Shown here: positions 9,576-19,593 of the stretch, in pieces | Position numbering within the stretch: the first letter of the stretch is position 1 | Layout: every line of letters starts with the position of its first letter | Source of the DNA: an uncultured Verrucomicrobiae bacterium | Lineage (GTDB): Bacteria; Verrucomicrobiota; Verrucomicrobiia; Chthoniobacterales; Chthoniobacteraceae | Assembly (NCBI GenBank): GCA_963836755.1 | Contig: CAWIKF010000001.1 | Span: 672,001-736,000, forward strand | DNA length: 64,000 nucleotides | Reading direction: 5' to 3' | The notes under the pieces: generated by a model | What the model saw: only the letters and a program-made list of their open reading frames with translations | What the model was told of the DNA's origin: nothing | Database searches by the model: none | Made by a program: the position numbers and the translations under genes

Positions 9576-11798
9576 ATGCCGCAGACCGATGAAGCGTTCC
9601 TGAAAAAGCTCCGCGAGGCTTTTAGAATCGAGGCTCGTGAGCATTTGCAGGCGTTGTCTGAAGGGCTTCTGGAGGTGGAAAAAAGTGGCACCGGCGAGCA
9701 AAGGAGACGTGAAGTGGTGGAAGTGATTTTCCGTGAGGCGCACAGCCTCAAGGGCGCGGCGCGTTCCGTGAATCACGCGGCGATCGAATCAATCTGTCAG
9801 GCTCTCGAAAGCATCTTCGCGACTTGGAAAAAAGACGGAGTGCATGCCGGCGCGGCGGCTTTTGACACACTTAGCCGCGCGATCGATCTAATCCATGGAT
9901 TGCTCGCGGAAAAAAGTGGCGCTGCTCAACAGGTGGTCGCGGTTGTCCAACAACTGAGGTCATTGGAATCGGGGGCGGAGAAGATGCCGGGGGCGGCGCC
10001 AAGCGTTCCCGAAACGGCGCCGGTTGCGGAGATGCCGCTGACGCATGCGCTCTCGGATACGATCCGAATCGCGACCGCAAAAATGGATACGCTGCTTTTG
10101 CAAACTGAGGAGATGATCGGCGTCAAAAACGCGGTGCGGCAGCATGCGGCGGGATTGCAGGCGGCCGGGCAGATGATGGAAACGTGGCGCAAGGAATGGG
10201 CGAGGACCGAGCCGGATTTTCAGCGGACGCGATTCGCTGCAGACCGCTCCAACACAGGGCCGGCGCGGATTTACGATTTCCTCGAATGGAATCAAAGTTA
10301 CCTCTCCTCGCTCGAAAACAAGCTCGACGATTTGGCGAAATGCGCGACGAGCGACGCACGGATGATCAGCGGAATGGTCGATGATTTGCTGGACGAAGCG
10401 AAGCGACTTGTGATGCTTCCGTTCGCGACTTTGCTCGATTTTTTTCCCAAGCAAGTTCGCGACCTCGCGCGCGACCAGGGGAAGCAAGTCGATCTCGTCG
10501 TGCGCGGCCGCGAGGTTGAAATCGACAAGCGAATTCTCGAGCAAATGAAAGATCCGTTCGTGCATCTCGTGCGCAACGCGATCGATCACGGCATCGAGTC
10601 ACCCGACGCGCGCGCCGCGCGAAACAAGCCGGCGCGGGGTCTGCTGACGATCGCGGTTTCGCAATTGGATGCGGGCAAAGTTGAGATCGTCGTGTCCGAT
10701 GACGGGCACGGAATCGATGTGGAAAAATTGAAAGCCGCGGCTGTAAAAAATGGCCTCATCTCCGTCGACGAAGCCGCTCGGCGTGAGGATCGTGAGGCGC
10801 TCGCGCTCATTTTTCAAAGCGGCGTTTCGACGAGTGCGCAGATCACGGAAATATCCGGACGCGGTCTCGGCATGGCCATCGTTCGCGAAAAAATCGAGAA
10901 GCTTGGCGGCCGCGTCGAAGTGGAAAATCAGCCGAAGCGCGGGACGGCATTTCGCATCGTGCTGCCGGTCACGCTCGCGACATTCAAAGGCTTGCTCGTC
11001 CGCTGCGGCGGACAGCAATTTATTTTGCCAATCGCCAATGTGGAGCGCGTGATGCGCATGACGCGCGAGCAAATCATGAGCGTGGAAAAACGCGAGACGA
11101 TCTCGTGGAGCGGCGGCGCGATCTCGCTCTTCCGGCTCGATGCGGTGCTGGGGATTCCGCGCTTTGAAACAGCAGCGGGAAAATTTTTGCAAATCGTGAT
11201 TTTGAACGCGGGCGAAGCGCGGATGGCCTTCGTCGTCGATGAAGTGCTGCACGAGGAGGAAGTGCTTGTGAAGCCGTTGCAAAAACCGCTCGTGCGCGTG
11301 CGAAACATCGCCGCGGCGACGGTGCTCGGGTCGGGCCGCACAGTGCTGATTTTGAATGTTCCCGACCTGCTGCAATCAGCAGTGGCGAGCGACGGCGCCG
11401 TGATTGCAGCGGCTCCGGCGAGCTTTTCTGCGAAAGCGAAATCGGTCCTCGTCGTCGACGATTCGGTGACATCGCGGATGCTTTTAAAAAACATCATGGA
11501 AGCTGCGGGCTATGACGTGAAAGCCGCTGTCGATGGCGCGGATGCGATGAGCGCGCTGAGGACACAAGCATTTGATCTGGTGGTCTCCGATGTGGAAATG
11601 CCGCGGATGAATGGCTTCGAATTGACCGCGAAAATTCGCGCGGACAAACGCCTCGCGGAGATTCCGGTGGTGCTCGTGACGGCGCTCGAGTCGCGCGAAC
11701 ATCGCGAGCGAGGCATCGATGCCGGCGCGAATGCTTACATCGTCAAAAGTAGCTTCGAGCAAAGCAATTTGCTCGACGTCGCGCGGAGGCTTTTATGA
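9576..11798 (+). CDS. cheA: Hybrid CheA kinase Hpt-HATPase-CheW-REC (WspE-like)
   Basis: FREAHSLKGAAR Hpt; HLVRNAIDHGIE; DDGHG; SGRGLGMAIV; C-terminal REC VLVVDDS..SDVEMP. Confidence 0.95.
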   Translation: MPQTDEAFLKKLREAFRIEAREHLQALSEGLLEVEKSGTGEQRRREVVEVIFREAHSLKGAARSVNHAAIESICQALESIFATWKKDGVHAGAAAFDTLSRAIDLIHGLLAEKSGAAQQVVAVVQQLRSLESGAEKMPGAAPSVPETAPVAEMPLTHALSDTIRIATAKMDTLLLQTEEMIGVKNAVRQHAAGLQAAGQMMETWRKEWARTEPDFQRTRFAADRSNTGPARIYDFLEWNQSYLSSLENKLDDLAKCATSDARMISGMVDDLLDEAKRLVMLPFATLLDFFPKQVRDLARDQGKQVDLVVRGREVEIDKRILEQMKDPFVHLVRNAIDHGIESPDARAARNKPARGLLTIAVSQLDAGKVEIVVSDDGHGIDVEKLKAAAVKNGLISVDEAARREDREALALIFQSGVSTSAQITEISGRGLGMAIVREKIEKLGGRVEVENQPKRGTAFRIVLPVTLATFKGLLVRCGGQQFILPIANVERVMRMTREQIMSVEKRETISWSGGAISLFRLDAVLGIPRFETAAGKFLQIVILNAGEARMAFVVDEVLHEEEVLVKPLQKPLVRVRNIAAATVLGSGRTVLILNVPDLLQSAVASDGAVIAAAPASFSAKAKSVLVVDDSVTSRMLLKNIMEAAGYDVKAAVDGADAMSALRTQAFDLVVSDVEMPRMNGFELTAKIRADKRLAEIPVVLVTALESREHRERGIDAGANAYIVKSSFEQSNLLDVARRLL

Positions 11799-12865
11799 GC
11801 GAGAAAAAAGTTCGCGTCATGATCGTGGAGGACTCCGCGGTTTCGCGCGAGCTGCTCCGGCATGTGCTGGAATCCGATCCGGAAATCGAAGTGGTGGGCG
11901 TCGCGTGCGATGGCGAGGAAGCGCTGGTGAAAGCTGCGCAGATGCAGCCGCACGTGATCACAATGGACATCCACATGCCGAAATTAAACGGCTACGACAC
12001 GGCGCGCCGCATCATGGAGACGCAGCCCGTGCCGATCATCATCGTGAGCGCAAGCGCTGATCCCAACGACGTTCGCAAGGCGTTTCGAGTGATGGATGCG
12101 GGAGCGGTTGCGATTTTGGAAACGCCGCGCGGGCTGGCGCATCCTGAGCATAGTCGGATGGCGTCAAAGTTGGTGCGCACCGTGAAATTGATGTCTGAAA
12201 TCAAAGTCATCAAACGCTGGCGAAGGCCGGCGCCAGCTGAATCCGCGACCGTTCCCGAATCCATAAAAGCACTCGCTGCGAAGCGGAAAATCGAGCTCGT
12301 GGTAATCGGCGCGTCGACCGGCGGCCCGCCGGTGTTGCACACGATTTTGGGATCGCTCGAGAAGAATCTGAACGTGCCGATTTTGATCGTGCAACACATC
12401 GCGGCCGGGTTTGTGCAAGGCCTCGTGGAATGGCTGGCGCAGTCGTCCGGAGTTCCGATCCATCTCGCGACGCATGGCGTGCGGCCGCAGCCTGGCAACG
12501 TTTACATTGCACCCGATGGCGCGCACATGGTCGTCGAAAAATCGGGCCGCATCGCACTGACGGACGATGCGCCGGACGAAGGTCTGCGGCCGGCGGTGTC
12601 TCATCTTTTTCGCTCCGTCGCAGAAACATTTGGCGATCGCGCCGCCGGGATTTTGCTCACCGGAATGGGACGCGACGGCGCGGCGGAATTGAAACTGATG
12701 CGCGATCGCGGAGCCGTGACGATCGCACAGAACCGTGAAAGCTCAGTCGTGTTTGGAATGCCGGGTGAGGCAGTGAAGCTCGAAGCCGCAGCCTATGTGC
12801 TGCCGCCGGCCGGCATCGCCGCGGTGCTCGACATGTTGTTGCACAAACGGAGTGTTGACGCATGA
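11795..12865 (+). CDS. cheB: CheB REC-methylesterase (WspF-like)
   Basis: N-terminal REC; GASTGGP, VQHI, LTGMGRDGA, VFGMP catalytic motifs. Confidence 0.95.
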   Translation: MSEKKVRVMIVEDSAVSRELLRHVLESDPEIEVVGVACDGEEALVKAAQMQPHVITMDIHMPKLNGYDTARRIMETQPVPIIIVSASADPNDVRKAFRVMDAGAVAILETPRGLAHPEHSRMASKLVRTVKLMSEIKVIKRWRRPAPAESATVPESIKALAAKRKIELVVIGASTGGPPVLHTILGSLEKNLNVPILIVQHIAAGFVQGLVEWLAQSSGVPIHLATHGVRPQPGNVYIAPDGAHMVVEKSGRIALTDDAPDEGLRPAVSHLFRSVAETFGDRAAGILLTGMGRDGAAELKLMRDRGAVTIAQNRESSVVFGMPGEAVKLEAAAYVLPPAGIAAVLDMLLHKRSVDA

Positions 12866-14163
12866 CAGCCGCGAAACCGGAAATTTTGATCGTTGAGGAC
12901 AGCCGGACCCAGGCGATGGTTCTTCAAAACGTCCTCGAAAAAAATGGCTTCACTGTGGCTTCGGCGACGAATGGTCGGGCCGCGCTCGACTTGCTCCAAA
13001 CGCTTCGCCCCGTGCTGGTCATCACCGATGTGCAAATGCCGGGAATGGACGGCTACGAATTATGCGCGTCGATCAAAGCTGACGCGGCGCTCCGTGCCGT
13101 TCCGGTGATGCTTTTGACGTCGCTTTCCGCGCCGCAGGATATCATCCGCGGGCTCGAGAGCGGCGCCGACAACTTCGTCGTGAAGCCTTATGAGGAGCCG
13201 TTTCTGCTCTCGCGGATCGAGACGATTTTGGCGAACCAAGAACTGCGCCGCGCGGCCGGACACGAAGAGGAAATCGCCGTTTTTTTCGCGGGCCAGCAAT
13301 ACGTCATCACTTCCGATCGGCGTCAAATTTTAAACCTGTTGCTTTCCACTTATGAGACGGCGGTGCAGACGAATCACGACCTCATCAAGGCTCACGAGGA
13401 GTTGAAAGCGGCGCAGGGGCAGCTGATCGAGGCGGAGAAATTGCAGTCCGTCGGAAGGCTCGCTGCCGGCATCGCGCATGAAGTGCGCAATCCGCTGGCG
13501 ATTTTGGAAATGGGCATCTCTTTTCTCGTGGAGCGGCCGATGGCGGAAGACGACCGCGTGGTCATTGACGAGATGCGCGAGGCCGTGCGGCGTGCAAATT
13601 CCGTGATCACCGGCTTGATGGATTTGTCGTCGCCGAACGAACTCGGTATGCGCGAGATGAATGTGAATGACGTCATCGCCCAAGCGCTCGCGATTTTTTC
13701 CGATCAACTGGCGGAGCGCAAAATCGAGGTGCGCCGCGCGCTGGCGGAGGGCTTGCAAGTCACTCGGCTCGACGTCAACAAAATGGAACAGGTGTTCCTC
13801 AATGTGTTTGCAAATGCCCGCGACTCGATGCCGTCGGGCGGCGTGCTGACGGTTTCCACGCGGCAAAAGTTGCTTGAAAAAAAAGAAGTTGATTACGATG
13901 CGGGCGACCGCTCCGGCTCGCGTTTCCGTGCTGGCGACCGTGCGGTGATCATCGAGATCAACGACACGGGAGCAGGGCTTCCCGACGAAAAGTTAAACAA
14001 AGTATTTGATCCGTTTTTCAGCACGAAACCGACGGGAAAAGGGATGGGACTTGGTTTGACCGTGGCAAAGAAAATCATCGATTTGCATGGCGGCAAAATC
14101 GCGCTGGAGAACCTCGACGGTGGTGGCGTCAAAGTGACGATCGTTTTAAAATGTGCGAGTTGA
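12862..14163 (+). CDS. Hybrid REC-HisKA-HATPase histidine kinase
   Basis: REC (ILIVEDS, TDVQMP); H-box AGIAHEVRNPL; N-box QVFLNVFANA; DTGAG, FFSTK, GMGLGL. Confidence 0.93.
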   Translation: MTAAKPEILIVEDSRTQAMVLQNVLEKNGFTVASATNGRAALDLLQTLRPVLVITDVQMPGMDGYELCASIKADAALRAVPVMLLTSLSAPQDIIRGLESGADNFVVKPYEEPFLLSRIETILANQELRRAAGHEEEIAVFFAGQQYVITSDRRQILNLLLSTYETAVQTNHDLIKAHEELKAAQGQLIEAEKLQSVGRLAAGIAHEVRNPLAILEMGISFLVERPMAEDDRVVIDEMREAVRRANSVITGLMDLSSPNELGMREMNVNDVIAQALAIFSDQLAERKIEVRRALAEGLQVTRLDVNKMEQVFLNVFANARDSMPSGGVLTVSTRQKLLEKKEVDYDAGDRSGSRFRAGDRAVIIEINDTGAGLPDEKLNKVFDPFFSTKPTGKGMGLGLTVAKKIIDLHGGKIALENLDGGGVKVTIVLKCAS

Positions 14164-14400
14164 AACAATGATCACCGAGGAGCTGCCGTCTGTGTGCGCG
14201 CGAATGATTTGCTCGTTTTTTTCACGGATGGACTTTACGAAGTCGAGGGCGCAGGCGACGTTTTTTTCCATCAACAAAAACTGACCGAGCTGATTTTTCC
14301 GACTCATGAACCAAGACGCCGCCACGCTATTCGATCGATTGCAGTGGAAATTAGAAGGCTGTGTTCGCCTTGTCGGCAGCGAAATTCCGCGGCTCGACGC
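14164..14400 (+). pseudogene. Degraded 3' fragment of a SpoIIE/PP2C-type phosphatase
   Basis: NDLLVFFTDGLYEVEG matches the PP2C/SpoIIE FTDG-x-x-E motif; downstream ATLFDRL and VEIRR pieces lie in different frames; no N-terminal part. Confidence 0.6.
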
Positions 14401-14413
14401 GTGAAAGTTCCGC

Positions 14414-14764
14414 ATGCAAAAGCGCCGCATTTTAATCGTGGATGACGATACTCAAGCTCCACGGATGTTAAAAAAACTGCTGGAGCTGAAATGTTCCTAC
14501 GAAGTGATGGTCGAGAACGACTCGAAGCGCGCGCTGGAGGTCACGCTCTCGTTCCGGCCGGATTTGATTTTGCTCGATGTCATCATGCCCGATCTCGATG
14601 GCGGCGATGTCGCGGCGCAGATTCGTGCGACGCGCGACTCGCAAAATATCCCGATCATTTTCATCAGCGCGATTGCGCAGCCGATCGCGGGCTATCCTTT
14701 TCTTTCCAAACCGGTGCCCGTGGAAAAAGTGATCGAGTGCATTCAGGAAAATCTTCTCGCGTGA
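14414..14764 (+). CDS. Single-domain response regulator (REC)
   Basis: RILIVDDD, PDLILLDVIMPDLDG, PIIFISA, LSKP. Confidence 0.9.
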   Translation: MQKRRILIVDDDTQAPRMLKKLLELKCSYEVMVENDSKRALEVTLSFRPDLILLDVIMPDLDGGDVAAQIRATRDSQNIPIIFISAIAQPIAGYPFLSKPVPVEKVIECIQENLLA

Positions 14765-14797
14765 CGCGGCGAAAGTGATCGCTCTTTCACAAAGCAA

Positions 14798-15613
14798 ATG
14801 CGCAAGCCGTTGAAAATTCAAAACGTGACTCTCGGCGGCGCGGCGCCGGTTTTCATCCTCGGGCCGTGCGTGATCGAGTCGGAAAAGTTTGTCTGGCGGA
14901 TCGCGCGGAAACTCAAGCGGATCGCTGACGAGGTTGGCGTGCAATTCATTTTCAAAGCTTCCTACGACAAGGCGAATCGGACCTCGGTGCAATCATTTCG
15001 CGGAATGGATGTGCGCGATGGCTGCGAGATTTTGTCCGCGATCGGAAGGGAATTGGGCGTGCCGGTGACGACGGATGTGCACACGGAGCGCGACGCGGAG
15101 ATCGCGGGCGAGATGATTGATGTTTTACAAATACCGGCATTCCTTTGCCGGCAGACGGATCTGATCAAGGCGGCGGCGCAAACGAGACGCGTGGTGAATG
15201 TGAAGAAGGGACAGTTTCTGGCGCCGTGGGATCTAAAAAATGTGGCGGACAAAATCCGCAGCTTCGGCAGCGAGCGCTTTTTCTTTACCGAGCGAGGTGC
15301 GAGCTTTGGCTACAACAATCTCGTCGCCGACATGCGTTCGCTTTACTGGATTCGCGAGGCCGGATTTCACGTGGTGTTTGATGCCACGCATTCCGTGCAG
15401 CGGCCGGGCGGGGCGGGGACGACTACTTCCGGCGACGGCGTGCTGGCGCCGGTGCTCGCGCGCGCGGCGGTCGCGGCGGGTTGTGACGGCGTTTTCATCG
15501 AGACGCACGAAGACCCATCGAAGGCGCTTTCAGACGGGCCGAATCAAATTCCATTGGCCAAGCTGCCGAAAATTCTGCGACAGTTGCAGGCAATTCATGA
15601 GACCGTTCGCTAG
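14798..15613 (+). CDS. kdsA: KDO 8-phosphate synthase
   Basis: GPCVIES, FKASYDKANRTS, QIPAFLCRQTDL, KKGQF, FDATHSVQ, SDG. Confidence 0.97.
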   Translation: MRKPLKIQNVTLGGAAPVFILGPCVIESEKFVWRIARKLKRIADEVGVQFIFKASYDKANRTSVQSFRGMDVRDGCEILSAIGRELGVPVTTDVHTERDAEIAGEMIDVLQIPAFLCRQTDLIKAAAQTRRVVNVKKGQFLAPWDLKNVADKIRSFGSERFFFTERGASFGYNNLVADMRSLYWIREAGFHVVFDATHSVQRPGGAGTTTSGDGVLAPVLARAAVAAGCDGVFIETHEDPSKALSDGPNQIPLAKLPKILRQLQAIHETVR

Positions 15614-16100
15614 TTTTTTCCTGGCTCTCGTGCTGACTTTTTTCCACCCGTGCGGTGCTGCGGCGAAATCCAGCAAAAAGAAGAAAGGCGAAGCCGCCGA
15701 TCCGAAGGCGCCAAAGTTTGACGTGCCGATCCCGGTCGGGCACGCCGCGGAAGGGGTGACGCTGCCGTATTTCGACGATCAAGGGAAATTGCAGATGAAT
15801 TATAAAATCGATTCGGCCACGCGTGTGGATCTCGGGCATTTGAAGATGACGCACACGCTCATTGAAACTTATGACGACGCCGAAAAAGTGGAGATGAAAA
15901 TCGACATGCCGACCTCCACTCTCGATCTCAACACGAAGGTCGTGACGAGTGAAACGCCAGTCACGATCAGCCGCTCGGATTTTCAAATCACGGGCGAGCG
16001 GATGCGCTTTGATACCGACAGCCGCGCGGGCGTGATGTTCGGCAAAGTGCGCATGGTCATTTACAATCAAAACGAAACGTTTTCAGATAAAACGAAATGA
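15597..16100 (+). CDS. lptC: LPS export periplasmic protein LptC-like
   Basis: Signal/TM followed by beta-rich VVTSETPVTI..ITGERMRFD; located between kdsA and lptA. Confidence 0.7.
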   Translation: MRPFASFFLALVLTFFHPCGAAAKSSKKKKGEAADPKAPKFDVPIPVGHAAEGVTLPYFDDQGKLQMNYKIDSATRVDLGHLKMTHTLIETYDDAEKVEMKIDMPTSTLDLNTKVVTSETPVTISRSDFQITGERMRFDTDSRAGVMFGKVRMVIYNQNETFSDKTK

Positions 16101-16837
16101 GGAAGCTTCTCTTTCTTGTCACCATGCTTGCGGTTGTTTGTTCGCGCGCGGTTGCGCAACAAAGCGCCGGGAGCGGAGATTTGCTGCGGAGCCTCGATGC
16201 GGTCAACGGCGACGTAAGCGCATCGGTCCTTCCGGCGGGCGCGGCGGAAGAGAAAAAACCTGGCGCGGAAGCGCCGAAAGCTCCGACGATTATCACTGCA
16301 ACGAAGCAGACGACTTACGATGAAAAAACTCACAAGGCAGTTTTTTACGGCGACGTTCATGTGGATGATCCGCAGTTCAAGGTCAGATGCGATCAGCTGA
16401 CGGCTTTCTTGCGCGACACGAAAGCAGCGGCGGGCGCGAAGCCTTCACCCGGCGCAAAAACTTCAGCCACGCCGAAACCTTCGGCGTCGCCGGCAGCGAG
16501 TCCCGGCGGAAAAAATGGCGGCCCGGGCGGCGGCGGATTGCAGCGCGCGATTGCGGAAGGGCATGTGATCATCATTCAGGACAGACCTGCGGCCGACGGC
16601 CAGGAGCCCCAGCACAACGTCGGCAAATCACAGCGCGCAGATTACAATGCCGACACCGGCGACATCGTGCTGACTGGCTGGCCGCAAGTGCAGCAGGGAA
16701 TGAACACCCAGGTCGCGACTGAGGAATCTACGGTCATGACGATGAACAAGGATGGGCACACGATGAATACCAAGGGTGCGAGTAAAACCGTCATCCAAGA
16801 GCAATCCGCCAGCTCGCCAGCCGCGAAGCCACAGTGA
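16097..16837 (+). CDS. lptA: LptA/OstA family LPS transport protein
   Basis: Signal peptide; AVFYGDVHV, AIAEGHVII, ADYNADTGDIVLTGWP; upstream of lptB. Confidence 0.82.
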   Translation: MRKLLFLVTMLAVVCSRAVAQQSAGSGDLLRSLDAVNGDVSASVLPAGAAEEKKPGAEAPKAPTIITATKQTTYDEKTHKAVFYGDVHVDDPQFKVRCDQLTAFLRDTKAAAGAKPSPGAKTSATPKPSASPAASPGGKNGGPGGGGLQRAIAEGHVIIIQDRPAADGQEPQHNVGKSQRADYNADTGDIVLTGWPQVQQGMNTQVATEESTVMTMNKDGHTMNTKGASKTVIQEQSASSPAAKPQ

Positions 16838-17586
16838 TCACTCCAGAAAATGGCGCGGGCGATGAGGTCATTCTTCGCACCGAAAAGCTGGTCAAAGTTT
16901 ACGGCGGCCGCGCCGTGGTCAATGGCGTGGACATCAATCTCAAGCGCGGCGAAATCGTCGGGCTGCTCGGACCGAACGGCGCCGGCAAGACGACGAGCTT
17001 CTACATGATCGTCGGCCTCGTCCGGCCGAACGGCGGGCGCGTAATTTTCAACGGCGAGGAAGTGACGCATTTTCCGATGTTTAAACGAGCGCGCATGGGG
17101 ATGGGCTATTTGCCGCAGGAAGAATCGATTTTCCGTAAATTGACGGTGCAGGACAACATCATGGCGATCCTCGAAACGCTGCCGCTCTCCAGGCGCGATC
17201 GCAAAAGTCGGTGCGAGGAATTACTCACGCAGTTTGGTATCGAGCATGTGGCGAAGCAGCAGGCGCTGACGCTTTCCGGCGGTGAAAAACGGCGCCTCAC
17301 CATCGCGCGCTCGCTCGTCACGAAGCCAAGTTTATTGATGCTCGACGAACCATTTTCGGGCGTTGATCCGATTGCAGTTTATGACGTGCAGCAGATCATC
17401 GCGAACCTCCGCGACACGGGGCTCGGTATTTTAATCACCGATCACAACGTGCGTGAGACGCTTGCCATCGTGGACCGCGCGTATCTTATTTTCGAGGGCC
17501 GGGTCGAGAGCCAGGGCACCAAGGAGTTCCTCGTGAACGACCCGATCAGCCGTCAGCTTTATCTAGGGGAACGCTTTAAAATGTAA
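16834..17586 (+). CDS. lptB: LPS export ABC transporter ATPase
   Basis: GPNGAGKTT, GYLPQEESIF, LSGGE, LDEPFSGVDP, ITDHNVRETL. Confidence 0.96.
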   Translation: MITPENGAGDEVILRTEKLVKVYGGRAVVNGVDINLKRGEIVGLLGPNGAGKTTSFYMIVGLVRPNGGRVIFNGEEVTHFPMFKRARMGMGYLPQEESIFRKLTVQDNIMAILETLPLSRRDRKSRCEELLTQFGIEHVAKQQALTLSGGEKRRLTIARSLVTKPSLLMLDEPFSGVDPIAVYDVQQIIANLRDTGLGILITDHNVRETLAIVDRAYLIFEGRVESQGTKEFLVNDPISRQLYLGERFKM

Positions 17587-17606
17587 TCCAAGAAAGGAAA
17601 TCGCCC

Positions 17607-18179
17607 ATGCAAGTAGCCAATGCCCATCCACCCATCCAAGTCACCGGTCGCCACGTCAGCGTCACCGACGCGATCATTGATTACGCGCGACGCAAAATTG
17701 AGAGTCTTCATCTCGATTATCCGCGCATCATCGAGGCCCAAGTAATCCTCGACGTGCAAAAAATTCGGCACACTGCCGAAGTCATCCTGCATTGCACGAA
17801 CCACATCACGATCGACGCCAGCAGCGACACGCAGGACATGTATGCCTCGATCGACCAGGCGACCGACAAGATCGCGCAGCAGATGCGTAAATATAAGACG
17901 CGCATTATGCGCCAGCATCGTCCGCGCCATCAGGATGTGCGGCATCTCGACGAGCAGGTTTTCACGAGCGAGGGGATGGATGAGCACGAAAATGAGCCGA
18001 CGCTCGTGCACACCGAGCGCTATCCGGTGAAGCCAATGTTTGTCGACGAAGCGGTGCTGCAGCTTGAGATGTCGAGCCGGCAGTTCGTCGTCTTTTTGAA
18101 TGCGAAGACGGAAAAAGTGAACGTGATTTACCGCCGCAAACATGGCGACTTTGGCTTGATCGAGCCGGCATTTACTTAG
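17607..18179 (+). CDS. hpf: Ribosome hibernation promoting factor (long HPF/RaiA)
   Basis: IQVTGRHVSVTDAI, DMYASID, C-terminal KPMFVDEAVLQL..NVIYRRKHGDFGLIEP. Confidence 0.92.
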   Translation: MQVANAHPPIQVTGRHVSVTDAIIDYARRKIESLHLDYPRIIEAQVILDVQKIRHTAEVILHCTNHITIDASSDTQDMYASIDQATDKIAQQMRKYKTRIMRQHRPRHQDVRHLDEQVFTSEGMDEHENEPTLVHTERYPVKPMFVDEAVLQLEMSSRQFVVFLNAKTEKVNVIYRRKHGDFGLIEPAFT

Positions 18180-18238
18180 CCGTTGCCGGGAAAAATAATG
18201 CTGCATCTCGCTCCTTCGTCTCCTCGCGAGGTGCCCGA

Positions 18239-19195
18239 GTGAGCGCGCATTACGACACCGTCGTCACGGTCGGCGAATGGTTCACGCGCCACTCCGAGGC
18301 GCTGCAGCTGCAACTGCTCGGTCCGGCTGTTGGATTGGACCGCATCATTCGGGAGCCAACCATTAATCGGCCGGGTTTGGCGCTCTCAGGATTTTATTCT
18401 TACTTTGCGGATAAACGCATCCAAGTCCTCGGGAGCGCGGAGCTTTCGTATTTAAAATCGCTCAAATCTGCGGAAGCAAGGGATCGTCTTCGTGAGCTCT
18501 GCAAGCATCGCATCCCCTGCATCATCATTTCGCGCAATGCGAATCCGCCGCGCCACATTCTCGACGAAGCAGCCACTGCCGGCGTCGCCGTTTTCCGCTC
18601 GCCGATGATCACGATGAAGTTCATCAACGCTGCGACGATCGCACTCGAAATGGACTTTGCTCCGACGAAATCCGAGCACGGCAGCATGGTCGATATTCTC
18701 GGCGTCGGAACTATGGTCCGCGGCTCCAGCGGCATCGGGAAAAGCGAGTGTGTGCTCGGGTTGATCGAGCGCGGGCACAGCCTCGTGAGTGACGACGTGA
18801 CGCGGCTCCGGGCGATTGAGGGCCGCGAATTGCTGGGCACTGCACCCGACCTGACGCGTCATCACATGGAAGTGCGCGGCATCGGCATTATCAACGTCAC
18901 GTCCATATTCGGCATCGCCGCCATCCGAACAGAAAAGCGGCTTGATCTGGTAGTTTCATTAAAAGATTGGCAGGACCTGGAGGAAGTGGATAGAATCGGC
19001 TTGGAACAGGAGTTCTACGAAATCCTCGGGATTCTTGTTCCACATATTACCATTCCCGTGCGCGTGGGACGCGATCTGGCTCGCCTCATCGAGGTGGCGG
19101 CGCTGGATCAAAAACTCAAGGGAATGGGACACAACAGCGCGATAGAATTTAATCAACGACTTTTAAATATCATGCAGAAAAAGGAAGCCACCTGA
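18239..19195 (+). CDS. hprK: HPr(Ser) kinase/phosphorylase
   Basis: NRPGLAL, GSSGIGKSE Walker A, LVSDD, MEVRGIGII. Confidence 0.96.
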   Translation: MSAHYDTVVTVGEWFTRHSEALQLQLLGPAVGLDRIIREPTINRPGLALSGFYSYFADKRIQVLGSAELSYLKSLKSAEARDRLRELCKHRIPCIIISRNANPPRHILDEAATAGVAVFRSPMITMKFINAATIALEMDFAPTKSEHGSMVDILGVGTMVRGSSGIGKSECVLGLIERGHSLVSDDVTRLRAIEGRELLGTAPDLTRHHMEVRGIGIINVTSIFGIAAIRTEKRLDLVVSLKDWQDLEEVDRIGLEQEFYEILGILVPHITIPVRVGRDLARLIEVAALDQKLKGMGHNSAIEFNQRLLNIMQKKEAT

Positions 19196-19506
19196 TGAGC
19201 CTCACCAGCCGCAAGCCTGCTGCTGCCGGCTCGAGCCATAAAGTCACGAAGGAGCTGACCATCGTGAATCGGCTCGGTCTCCACGCACGACCCTCGGCGA
19301 TGTTCGTCAAAGTCTGCAACCGGCACAAGGCGGACGTCTGGGTGGAAAAAGACGGCGAGCAGGTCAATGGCAAAAGCATCATGGGCTTGATGATGCTCGC
19401 GGCTGGGCATGGCTCAAGGCTTCGCGTCACGTGCGATGGCGCCGATGCGGAACAGGCGCTGAAGGAAGTCGAGGAGCTTATCGCACGCAAGTTCGATGAG
19501 GAGTAA
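19195..19506 (+). CDS. ptsH: HPr phosphocarrier
   Basis: NRLGLHARPS (His15) and GKSIMGLMML (Ser46). Confidence 0.95.
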   Translation: MSLTSRKPAAAGSSHKVTKELTIVNRLGLHARPSAMFVKVCNRHKADVWVEKDGEQVNGKSIMGLMMLAAGHGSRLRVTCDGADAEQALKEVEELIARKFDEE

Positions 19507-19593
19507 AATGGTCGTTAAACAACATCAATGCCATGCGCGCTCCCGCATGTGTGCGTCCCGCCATCGCGGCAGCTTCGTTAAAGATCGCCGCGC

